Origin: Planctomycetota bacterium
GTDB taxonomy: Bacteria; Planctomycetota; B15-G4; SIAN01
NCBI GenBank assembly: GCA_031409275.1
Contig: JANNXA010000022.1
Location: 140,058-204,057 of the forward strand
Direction of reading: 5' to 3'
DNA length: 64,000 nt
The translations under genes and the position numbers were made by a program. The notes under the pieces were generated by a model. That model saw nothing but the letters and a program-made list of their open reading frames with translations, made no database searches and was not told the DNA's origin. The stretch's first letter is position 1; the number at the start of each line of letters is the position of its first letter. Of this stretch, positions 36,577 to 45,058 are shown one piece after another.

Positions 36577-38067
36577 TCACGGCTGCTTGCGCAGTTCCTT
36601 GTCCTTCAGGCCCGGATGGTCGGCGGGGATGCGCGTGGCGCGGAACAGCGCATGCGGCGGTGCGGGCTGTCCCTCACCGGGGTCGGCGTCGCCGAACGGA
36701 TGGAGGTACTCCCACACCATCGTGCCGTCTGCCTTCACCTCGAAGACGCGACCGCTGGCGCCTTCGCAGATCAGCGTGTGGCCGTTGCGCAACCGCTGCG
36801 CGCCGGAGATGAAGTTCGAGAAGAAGTCGCTCTTGGTGGGCGCCGTGTAGCTCCAGACCGGCGCCGCCGGTCCGGCCGCGACGAGTGGCTCGAGCAGGAG
36901 ACCGCCATCCTTCTGGCGCGGCAACTCGAGCTCGATCACGGCCGAGTAGTTGCCGTCGGGTCGACCCGCGCCGTTGTTGTAGATCAACAGGTGTCCGGCG
37001 CCGGGGAAGCCGGACGGGATGAAGCGCGCGTTGTGCTGAAAGAAGAGCGTCTGGTCGCTCTTGCCGCCGGCGCCGTAGTTCTTCGGATTCCCCCAACGCC
37101 ACAGCAGGTCGCCGCCCTTGCCGCTGAGGCCGCCTTCGCTGCCGGCCGCTTCGTCGGAGGTCGTGCTGTGGTCGAGGATCCAGACCTCGCCTAGATGCGG
37201 CGAACTCAGCACGATCTGGTCGTGCTCGACGTCGTAGTGGATCGCGTTGGTATGCAGCCAGTCCGCCTGCAGCTCGCCGGCGGCCGGCTTGGCGTCGATG
37301 TAGCCGAGCTTCTGCAACTCGGCGATGTCGGCGTCGCTGGGCAGCTCTCGGCGCAAGTCGCAGTTGAGGTCGAGTCGCTCGGGATGACTTGCGACATCGC
37401 CGTAGTTGGCCGCATCGGGATCGACATCCTGGATCAGGTGATCCCATGCGTGCCATTGCCAGATGATCTCGGCGCCATCCTTCCCGCTTGGCTCGATCTC
37501 AAAGACGCAGTCGCTCCAGATGCCGTTGAGCCCGACGTGCGCGGGATGGCGACCGGCGGCGATCGCCTCGGAGCGCGTCTTGTACTCCCATGCGATGAAG
37601 AGGATCGTCCCATCGGGGGTGAGCGCGATGTCGTGGTGCTGCAGCGTCTCTTCGCTGGCGAACTTCCAATCCCACACGACGCTGCCGTCCCAATCGAGTT
37701 CCTGCAGCCGACCGCAGGCACCTCCTGCCTTGAAGCGCTGGATGCCCGGCTCCTTGCTGCAGCGCAGCAGATGGCCGTTGTCGAGCAGGTACTCGCTGCC
37801 TGGCATGAAGCCGGTCTTCCACTCGTGCGCCAGGTTCCCTTCGAGATCGACAAGGCGAATCGTCTTGCTGCGCAGCGGCGCGATCAGCGTGTAGCCGGGA
37901 GTGGCCTCCGCCGTGCGCAGCGCGAGTCCGCGCGGGCGACTCGCCGGCGGCTCGCCGGGCGGGGCGCCGCCGGGTGGCGGTGGCGGCGCGCCTTGCGCCA
38001 CGACGACGCTCGCCAAGGTCGAGAGGGTCGCGCAGAGGTGCAGCAGTCGGGTGGCGATCGAAGTCAA
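36577..38067 (-). CDS. arylsulfotransferase (ASST) family beta-propeller protein, secreted
   Basis: TTG 38067 start (GGAG 9 nt upstream) gives the signal peptide MTSIATRLLHLCATLSTLASVVVAQG. Body rich in ASST-like segments (LLDNGHLL, IIWQWHAWDHL, LHTNAIHYD, FFQHNARFIPSG). Confidence 0.75.
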   Translation of the reverse strand: MTSIATRLLHLCATLSTLASVVVAQGAPPPPPGGAPPGEPPASRPRGLALRTAEATPGYTLIAPLRSKTIRLVDLEGNLAHEWKTGFMPGSEYLLDNGHLLRCSKEPGIQRFKAGGACGRLQELDWDGSVVWDWKFASEETLQHHDIALTPDGTILFIAWEYKTRSEAIAAGRHPAHVGLNGIWSDCVFEIEPSGKDGAEIIWQWHAWDHLIQDVDPDAANYGDVASHPERLDLNCDLRRELPSDADIAELQKLGYIDAKPAAGELQADWLHTNAIHYDVEHDQIVLSSPHLGEVWILDHSTTSDEAAGSEGGLSGKGGDLLWRWGNPKNYGAGGKSDQTLFFQHNARFIPSGFPGAGHLLIYNNGAGRPDGNYSAVIELELPRQKDGGLLLEPLVAAGPAAPVWSYTAPTKSDFFSNFISGAQRLRNGHTLICEGASGRVFEVKADGTMVWEYLHPFGDADPGEGQPAPPHALFRATRIPADHPGLKDKELRKQP

Positions 38068-38239
38068 CTTGGAACTCCAGCGAAGGGCACGGTCACTCCG
38101 GCCATCTTGTCGAGGCGCCCACGCGCGGTGAAGGGCGCGCTCGAACCCGACTTCATCCGCGAGTCCCGCTACGATCTCGCGCTCCCGTCGATCTTGGCCT
38201 CCGCGGAGCTTCACGGTGCCGGCACGTTCCACTTGTCGA
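38068..38239. promoter_or_regulatory. divergent promoter region between the arylsulfotransferase gene and the ChaN-like fusion gene
   Basis: An about 170-nt non-coding gap flanked by divergent starts. Confidence 0.35.
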
Positions 38240-40369
38240 ATGGCCCTGCTCCTCGCACTCGGCGCCACCAGTTGCGTCGGATCGAGCGGTCAGCGCCAGA
38301 AGAGGCTCGCGCCCGGCAGCGCGCTCCTCCACCAGGCCTCGCGCCTCTTCGACGGAAAGAGCGGCGTCGAGGTCGGTTGGGAAGCGGCGTTGTCGCGCCT
38401 CGCCGAAGCGGACGTCGTGTTCCTCGGCGAGACGCATCTCGACCGCCTCACCCACGACGCCGAACTCGAGTTCCTGCGCGAACTCACCGAGCGTCGCGAC
38501 GGGCAGACCGCGCTCGCGCTCGAGATGTTCGAGCGCGACGTGCAGCCGTTCCTCGACGAGTACCGGGCCGGCCGCATCGACGAGCGCCTGTTCCTCCAGC
38601 ATTCGCGGCCGTGGGGCAACTACGCCACCGACTACCGGCCGCTGATCGAGTTCTGCAAGGCCGAGCAGCTGCCGATCATCGCGTCGAACCTGCCCGCCGA
38701 GCTGCGCCGCAAGCTCGGCCGCGGTGGTGCTGAAGCGCTCGCGGCGTTGACTCCCGACGAGCGCGCGCTGGTGCCGGAGCCGCTGTTCGAGAACCGTCCG
38801 GACTACTGGAAGCGCGTCGACCACGTCACGCGCGGTCACGCCGCCATGGGGATCGTGCCCGCCGAAAGCCGCCTCTTCGACGGGCAGAACCTCTGGGACA
38901 ACACGATGGGCGACTCGATCGCGCGCGCGCGCGCGGCCGACCCCGAGCGCCAGGTGATCCACGTGAACGGCGGCTTCCACAGCGACTATGGCGACGGCAC
39001 CGTCTGGCAGCTCCTGCAGCGCGCGCCCGCCACCGCCGTCGCGACCGTTCAGATCGTCGCCACCACCGACCTCGCCGACGTCCGCGTCGACGTCGCGACG
39101 CCGCGCGCCGATTTCGTCCTCTTCGTCGAGGCGCGCGCGAAGGCGGCCGAGGACGGTGTGGCCGCGGTGAATGTCGCGCGTGAGCACGGATGGCGCTTGT
39201 CGCGACCGGCCGGCGCGAGCGCCCCGGTCCCGTTGCTGATCTGGCTTTGCGACGACGGTCAGGAGAGCGCCGCCGCCCAGAAGCTGTGGCAGCCGGCGAT
39301 CGGCGACGGCGCCGCGCTGCTCACGCTCGATCCCTCGTTCCCCTACCTCGGCGCCGATGGCAGCAAGCACGGCCGCTGGTTCTTCCCGGGATCTGCCGAC
39401 AGCGGCGGCGGGCTCGCGACGAGCGCGCTCGACCGGATCTTCGAGGTGGTCGCGCGTGAGGACCTCGCGGCCGGTCTCTCGCTCGATCGCACACGCATCG
39501 TCATCGCTGGAGAAGGCGCCGGCGCGACGATGGCGCTGCATGCGGCGCGCTACCTCGGCGACGAAGCTTTCTCGACACTCGCCTTCGAACCGCGCGCGAA
39601 GAGCGAACTCGCCGAGATGATCGCCCCGCTCTCGCTGTCGGCGGGTCGGACCACCCGAAAGGTGGCGATCCACTCCAGCGAGGCGGAGGCGGCGAGCTGG
39701 CGTGAGCTCACCGCGGGCGATGGCGAGTTGCGCCTCACGACGGAAGTCGTCGCGCAGCCCGACGCACCGGCCGCGCGCGATGCCGCGCAGGTTGACGCAG
39801 TGCGCGCGGCGCTCGGCCTCGCCGCCGCTCCCGAGAGCCGCGCGGCCGCGGCCGTGATCGAGCAGGCACCCGTGCATCCGGCCGGCGAACTCGTCGCGCG
39901 GCAGCTCGCGCGCCGCGTGCGCGCCGCGCAGCTCGCGCAGCCCCCTCCCATGGCGATCACCGCCGCCGCGTTCGCCGATGGGCAGCGCCTGCCGCGGTCG
40001 AGCGGCGCGTTCGGTGGCACCACGATCGTGGTCCTGCCGGCCGACGTTGCCGATGGCGAGTGGGCCGCCTGGAAGGCGCTCGAATCACCCGATGTGCTGC
40101 AGGCGAAGAGCCGCTTCCATCGGCTGCGGATCGCGCGCGGAGACGGGGACGAGTCGCCGCGCGCGGTGATCGAGAAACTGCGCGCCGAGAATCCGCAGCG
40201 GCGCGACTTCCTGCTGGTGCCGGCCGAATTCTGCGTCGACGACGCCGCGCTCGAGCGGCTGACTGCGGCCATCGGCGCGCTCGCCGACGAACTCCATCTC
40301 GAGCTGCTGCCGGGGCTCGGCGCACTGCTGCCGGTCGGTCCGCCGGCTCCGGCTCCCGCGCCGCATTGA
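38240..40369 (+). CDS. multidomain lipoprotein: ChaN/Tiki-like (DUF399) haem-binding-type domain + esterase-like alpha/beta-hydrolase-type domain + C-terminal domain
   Basis: Lipobox MALLLALGATSC. ChaN-like core ADVVFLGETHLDRLTHDAELEFLRELTE...ALEMFERDVQPFLDEY. The middle segment LLIWLCDDGQ...RIVIAGEGAGATMALHAA resembles the phospholipase/carboxylesterase fold but has Gly where the nucleophile Ser is expected. Confidence 0.65.
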   Translation: MALLLALGATSCVGSSGQRQKRLAPGSALLHQASRLFDGKSGVEVGWEAALSRLAEADVVFLGETHLDRLTHDAELEFLRELTERRDGQTALALEMFERDVQPFLDEYRAGRIDERLFLQHSRPWGNYATDYRPLIEFCKAEQLPIIASNLPAELRRKLGRGGAEALAALTPDERALVPEPLFENRPDYWKRVDHVTRGHAAMGIVPAESRLFDGQNLWDNTMGDSIARARAADPERQVIHVNGGFHSDYGDGTVWQLLQRAPATAVATVQIVATTDLADVRVDVATPRADFVLFVEARAKAAEDGVAAVNVAREHGWRLSRPAGASAPVPLLIWLCDDGQESAAAQKLWQPAIGDGAALLTLDPSFPYLGADGSKHGRWFFPGSADSGGGLATSALDRIFEVVAREDLAAGLSLDRTRIVIAGEGAGATMALHAARYLGDEAFSTLAFEPRAKSELAEMIAPLSLSAGRTTRKVAIHSSEAEAASWRELTAGDGELRLTTEVVAQPDAPAARDAAQVDAVRAALGLAAAPESRAAAAVIEQAPVHPAGELVARQLARRVRAAQLAQPPPMAITAAAFADGQRLPRSSGAFGGTTIVVLPADVADGEWAAWKALESPDVLQAKSRFHRLRIARGDGDESPRAVIEKLRAENPQRRDFLLVPAEFCVDDAALERLTAAIGALADELHLELLPGLGALLPVGPPAPAPAPH

Positions 40370-40384
40370 GTCGCGCGCGCGACG

Positions 40385-41692
40385 TCAGGCCAACAGCTCG
40401 CGGACGATCGCGCCCTCGGGATCGACCAGCGTCGCCGGACGCCGCGACGTCGCCTGGAAGCGCTTCGTTCCGTCGATCCGCAGCAGATGGGCCAAGGTGG
40501 CGAACAGGTCTGGAACGGTGACCGGCCGCGCGACGATGGACTCTCCACGATCATCCGTGCTGCCCACCACGGTGCCCGCCTTCACTCCGGCACCGGCGAG
40601 CAGCGCGCAGTAGTTGTGTGGCCAGTGGTCGCGGCCGCGGCGCGCGCTGATGGCCGGCGTCCGGCCGAACTCGCCCATGCAGACCACCAGGGTCTCCGAC
40701 AACAGCCCGCGCTGTTCGAGGTCGTCAAGCAACGTCGAGAGCGCCGGATCGAGCTCGCGGCAGAGCGCCTCCGTCTTCGGGAAGTTGTCGATGTGAGTGT
40801 CCCACCCGTCGAAGTGGATCTCGACGGCGCTGACCCCCTCCTCGAGCAGGCGGCGCGCGAGCAGAGCGCCCTGACCAACCGTCGAGGGGCCGTACGCCTC
40901 GCGCAAGCGATCGGGCTCGGCGTCGAGGTTGAAGGCGCGACTGCGAACGCTCTCCATCAACCGGCGGGCACGCCGCTGCTGCTCGCGGTTGCTGTTCACC
41001 TCGACCTCGGCGCCGCGGCGCGCGTAGTCGGCGTCGAGCAGTTCACGCAGCGAATCGCGCCGATCGGTGCGAATCGCGTCGAGCGGGCGCGCCGCGGCGA
41101 GGTTCGCGACCGGGCTGCCGGGGCGGGCCACGAGGAACGGGGCGTGCGCTACTCCGAGGTAACCAGCCGAGCCGGGCGCGCCGTTGATCTGCACGAAGCT
41201 CGGCAGCTCGGCGGCGGGGTCGCCTAGTTCGTGTGAGACGACCGAGCCGAAGGTCGGAAAGGCGACGCTGGGGTTGGGCGTGTAGCCGGTGTGCAGCAGC
41301 AGCCGCGCGCGGGCGTGGCTGCCCTCCTTGGAGTGGAGGCTGCGGATCACCGCCAGTCGATCCGCACGTTCGCGCAGCTGCGGCAGGTGCTCGCTGAAGC
41401 TCCAGCCGGCGCGATCGGTGGGAAGCGCGCGAAACGGCCCGCCATTCACGGTGCCGGGCTTGGGGTCGAACGTGTCGAGCTGGCTCGGGCCGCCTTCCAG
41501 CCAGATCAGGATCAAGCGCCGCGGCGTGGGCGCGTCGCCGAGCGCTGCTTCTTGAGCGCACGCGTGGCGCTGCAGCAATCCGAGCAGTCCGGAGCCGATC
41601 GATGCGGCACCGATTCCGCCGGCGAGCTGCGCCAGCAGCGCACGCCGAGTCAGCTGTCCGGTCCAACGCGCGGATGGCAGCGAGGAGCTCAT
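40385..41692 (-). CDS. DUF1501 domain protein (sulfatase/AlkP-superfamily fold, Tat signal)
   Basis: Start MSSSLPSARWTGQLTRRALLAQLAGGIGAASIG (twin-Arg-like signal). Characteristic DUF1501 segments (FDTFDPKPG, HSKEGSHARARLLLHTGY, MGEFGRTP, RDHWPH). ATGA overlap with the DUF1553 gene stop. Confidence 0.85.
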   Translation of the reverse strand: MSSSLPSARWTGQLTRRALLAQLAGGIGAASIGSGLLGLLQRHACAQEAALGDAPTPRRLILIWLEGGPSQLDTFDPKPGTVNGGPFRALPTDRAGWSFSEHLPQLRERADRLAVIRSLHSKEGSHARARLLLHTGYTPNPSVAFPTFGSVVSHELGDPAAELPSFVQINGAPGSAGYLGVAHAPFLVARPGSPVANLAAARPLDAIRTDRRDSLRELLDADYARRGAEVEVNSNREQQRRARRLMESVRSRAFNLDAEPDRLREAYGPSTVGQGALLARRLLEEGVSAVEIHFDGWDTHIDNFPKTEALCRELDPALSTLLDDLEQRGLLSETLVVCMGEFGRTPAISARRGRDHWPHNYCALLAGAGVKAGTVVGSTDDRGESIVARPVTVPDLFATLAHLLRIDGTKRFQATSRRPATLVDPEGAIVRELLA

Positions 41693-43554
41693 GGATTGGT
41701 GTGGAACTCCGCGCTGTTCACCAGGGCCCAGTAGAGATCGTCGGCTGAGGCGCGCGGATGGGCGGCATCGAGCGCCGCCACCAACGCGCGCGCTTCCTCG
41801 GGCTGCGGAGGTCGCGACAACGTGGCGAGGAACCACGGCGTGATCCGTTCGACCTCGCTGTGGCGCGCATCGAACAGCGCGTGCAGGGAGGCATCGTCAC
41901 GCAAGGCGGCAGGAATGACCGCGGCGTCGCCGTTGCGCAGCAGCAACGCCAGCGGGATGTTGACCTCCAGCGTGCGATCGTTGGCGTCGGCGCGGCCGGG
42001 CGAGCAGCGCTCGAGTTCGCGCAGCAGCTGGGCGCGCTGCTCGTCGAGGTGCTCCGCGGCGATGTCCGCGTTCCCGAGCCGAAGCACGGTGTTGGCGAGC
42101 TGCTCTGGCGTGAAGCTGCGGCGCGGATGGGCGGCGAACCAACGTTCGCTGCGTGCGCGCGCCTCGGAGTCGGCGCCAGACGCCGCACCGAGCGCGTAGG
42201 CGCGCGTGCGTGCCACCACGCGATAGAGCAGGCGAACGTCGCCGCCTTGTTCTGCGAGCGCCGCCGCGAGCGCAGCGTGCAGCTCCGGCAGGATTCGATC
42301 GGAGCCATCCGCGAGGTCATCGACCGGATCGACGAGTCCGTGGCCGAGCAGGAGCGAGACGATGCGATTGGACTGCGCCAACGTGAACCAGCGGTTGCCT
42401 GGCGCGATGATCCATTCGGCGAGCGCCGCGCGACGCGACTGTCCGCGCTGCGCTTCGTACGGGGCGTCATCGAGATGCGCCGCGACGCCAAACTTCTCGC
42501 GCCGTTCGAGGTAGCGATCGAGCAGGTCGCGTGCGTCGCCAGGGAGTCGTCCGCGCAGCGACTCGAGCGCTTCACCGTCGGCGAGGAAGGCGAGGATCGG
42601 CCGCTCGCCCCCGACGCTCTCGCGCAGCAAGGCACGCAATTGCGCGACTGCCGCCAACTCGGCGGGCGTCCGGCGCTGCGCGGGGCCCTCGGCGCCCGCG
42701 CGCATCGACGGCTTGTCCATCGAGGAGGCGCCCGCCTCGAGTTCCCTCAGTCGATCGGCGAGGTCCCATTCGGGCGAACGGTCGATGACGCGGAAGCCCG
42801 GGCCGCCGATCTCGGAGAGCAGGCCGTGGTCCCCGCGCATCTCGACGAAGAACCCTACGAAACGGTTGAACTGCTCCCGCGTCCAGTGGTCGTAGGGATG
42901 GTCGTGGCACTGGGCGCACTGGATCTGGAGGCCGAGGAACGCGCGTGCAGAGACGCCAGCAAGCGTCTCGATCGAATCGCGAAAGCTGATCGGGAACGCG
43001 AAGGCCCCGGGCGTGCGGGCCGCGCCGGACGCGGCGATCAGCTCGGTCGTGAGCTGTGGGAAGGTGATGCCCTCGCGGAATCGCTCGGCCAGCCATGGCC
43101 TCAGCCAGCGCGTGGTCTTCTCGGCGTCCTTGCCGGCCTCGCCCACCAGCAGTTCGTTCCATTGGAACGAGAGCTCATCGGCGAATCGCGGGTCGGTGAG
43201 TTGCGCCTCGATCTCTTCGGCGCGTCGCGTCGCCGCCGGACGCGCCAGGAACCGCGCGATCTCCGCCGGTGTCGGCGCGCAGCCGCGCAAGTCCAGGCTC
43301 AGGCGACGCAGCCACGTCGAGTCGTCGAGCGGCGTCGCGGCGACGAGCCCCTGCTCCTCCCACGCCGCGGCCACCATCGCGTCGAACCGCGTCACGAGCG
43401 CGTCGACCGCGGTCGACGGCGGCGCCGCGTCGGGCGCAAGCGATGGCGACGCCGTCGCGACGGTCAACGCGAGGGACACCGCGGCGGCAAGGGCAGAAAG
43501 ACGACTAGGCCAGGCACGCAACCGAACCACTCCTGCAACGACGAGGCGCTGCAA
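41689..43554 (-). CDS. DUF1549/DUF1553 (PSCyt2/PSD1) domain protein
   Basis: Hallmarks RRLSLDLRGCAPTPAEIARF and the cytochrome-like GLQIQCAQCHDHPYDHWTREQF. Universally paired with DUF1501, as here. Confidence 0.85.
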   Translation of the reverse strand: MQRLVVAGVVRLRAWPSRLSALAAAVSLALTVATASPSLAPDAAPPSTAVDALVTRFDAMVAAAWEEQGLVAATPLDDSTWLRRLSLDLRGCAPTPAEIARFLARPAATRRAEEIEAQLTDPRFADELSFQWNELLVGEAGKDAEKTTRWLRPWLAERFREGITFPQLTTELIAASGAARTPGAFAFPISFRDSIETLAGVSARAFLGLQIQCAQCHDHPYDHWTREQFNRFVGFFVEMRGDHGLLSEIGGPGFRVIDRSPEWDLADRLRELEAGASSMDKPSMRAGAEGPAQRRTPAELAAVAQLRALLRESVGGERPILAFLADGEALESLRGRLPGDARDLLDRYLERREKFGVAAHLDDAPYEAQRGQSRRAALAEWIIAPGNRWFTLAQSNRIVSLLLGHGLVDPVDDLADGSDRILPELHAALAAALAEQGGDVRLLYRVVARTRAYALGAASGADSEARARSERWFAAHPRRSFTPEQLANTVLRLGNADIAAEHLDEQRAQLLRELERCSPGRADANDRTLEVNIPLALLLRNGDAAVIPAALRDDASLHALFDARHSEVERITPWFLATLSRPPQPEEARALVAALDAAHPRASADDLYWALVNSAEFHTNP

Positions 43555-43612
43555 TAGACGCTCCCGCCGCCGCCGTCAACCTTCGCGCGACGGCGCTGCT
43601 AGGATCCGCGGA

Positions 43613-45049
43613 ATGAGACTCCCTTCGGCGCCTCCGTCGTGGCTCGCGGCTGCCGCCATCGCATTCCACCAGGAAGCGATACCGGTGCCGCCTCCTGCTG
43701 CACCGCAGCGACTCGTCGTCGTGACCCTCGATACGGTCCGCGTCGATCGCCTCGGCTGCTACGGCTACTTCCGCGACACGACTCCGAACCTCGACCGCTT
43801 CGCGACGGATGCGCTGCGCTTCACACGCTGCCAGGTGCCGATCGCGCAGACGACTCCGAGCCACACCTCGTTGTTCACCGGCGTCGGCCCCTTCGAGCAT
43901 GGCGTCACTTCGAACCACGCGCGGCGCTCCAACGAGGAACCGTCCGAGATCGGGCTCGAGACTTCGGCGACGTTGCGCACGCTCGCCGAGTCGTTCCAGC
44001 AGCGCGGCTTCGCGACGGGGGGCTTCGTCACGGCGACGCCGGTCAAGCGTTTCACCGGCCTGGCAAAAGGCTTCGACGAATGGAGCGAGCCGGAGCGCGG
44101 TCGCCGCATCGGACACGAGGCGATCCGCGACGCGTTGGCCTTCCTCGACCGTCATAAAGAGGAGTCGATGTTCGTCTGGGTCCATCTCTACGACGCGCAT
44201 GAACCCTACACCGCGCCGACCCCGCCAAAGCAGTTCCTGTCGCGCTACTCGAGCGAGCCGCGCCTCCTCGATTGGCTCGCCGCGCGCAACTTCCCGAGCC
44301 GATCGGCTGATCTCGAGGCGCACGGTCGCGATGTGATCTCGACACAGAACGACTACGACGGCGCGCTGCGCTTCATGGACCAGCAACTCGGTGTGCTACT
44401 CACCCGGCTCGAAACCGAGCCGCTCTACAGCTCCACCACCGTCGTGTTGGTCGCCGACCATGGAACGGCACTTGGCCAGCACGATCACGTCGGTCACGGG
44501 ATCTGCTGGGAAGAGCAGCTGCAGATCCCGCTTCTCGTTCGAGTTCCCGGACTCGCGCCAGGCGTGGTCGACGAGCCGCTCTCGACGCTCGATCTCTGGC
44601 CCACTCTGTCGGCGCTGGTGCCGGGACTCCTCGACGCGGCATGGCTGCCGCAGTGCCGCGGTGCCGACGTGCTGTCACCCGACCACACCCCGGCGCCGCG
44701 GTTTGCGATTTCCGGTCGTGACTCGAGCCTCGCTTCCGTGAGAGCGGGGCGCTTCAAGCTGATCCGCGACGAGCGCCGCGCGACGCAGCTCTTCGATCTC
44801 GACGCCGATCCCAACGAAACCAAGGATGTCGCCGTCGACCACCCCGACGTCGTGCAGCGGCTCAGCGCGCTGGTCGCGGACGAGGTGGCGCGCCAGAAGC
44901 GTGCACACGCGCTGCACCGCAGCCCGTCGGGCGAGTCGGGCAGCGTGGATCCGAAGCTCCTCGAGGAGCTGCGGGAGCTCGGCTACGTAGGCGCCGACGC
45001 GGGCAGTGCGGACGAAGAGGGCGGCGGCGATCGGCGCCGTCCACGCTGA
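43613..45049 (+). CDS. sulfatase-like alkaline-phosphatase-superfamily enzyme with Thr/His in place of the fGly-motif Cys/Arg
   Basis: Start MRLPSAPPSW. The sulfatase N-terminus VVVTLDTVRVDRLGCYGY is followed by RFTRCQVPIAQTTPSHTSLFTG where arylsulfatases have LCTPSRAALLTG. Downstream motifs WVHLYDAHEPY and VVLVADHGTALGQHDHVGHG. Confidence 0.85.
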   Translation: MRLPSAPPSWLAAAAIAFHQEAIPVPPPAAPQRLVVVTLDTVRVDRLGCYGYFRDTTPNLDRFATDALRFTRCQVPIAQTTPSHTSLFTGVGPFEHGVTSNHARRSNEEPSEIGLETSATLRTLAESFQQRGFATGGFVTATPVKRFTGLAKGFDEWSEPERGRRIGHEAIRDALAFLDRHKEESMFVWVHLYDAHEPYTAPTPPKQFLSRYSSEPRLLDWLAARNFPSRSADLEAHGRDVISTQNDYDGALRFMDQQLGVLLTRLETEPLYSSTTVVLVADHGTALGQHDHVGHGICWEEQLQIPLLVRVPGLAPGVVDEPLSTLDLWPTLSALVPGLLDAAWLPQCRGADVLSPDHTPAPRFAISGRDSSLASVRAGRFKLIRDERRATQLFDLDADPNETKDVAVDHPDVVQRLSALVADEVARQKRAHALHRSPSGESGSVDPKLLEELRELGYVGADAGSADEEGGGDRRRPR

Positions 45050-45058
45050 GCCGCAGTT

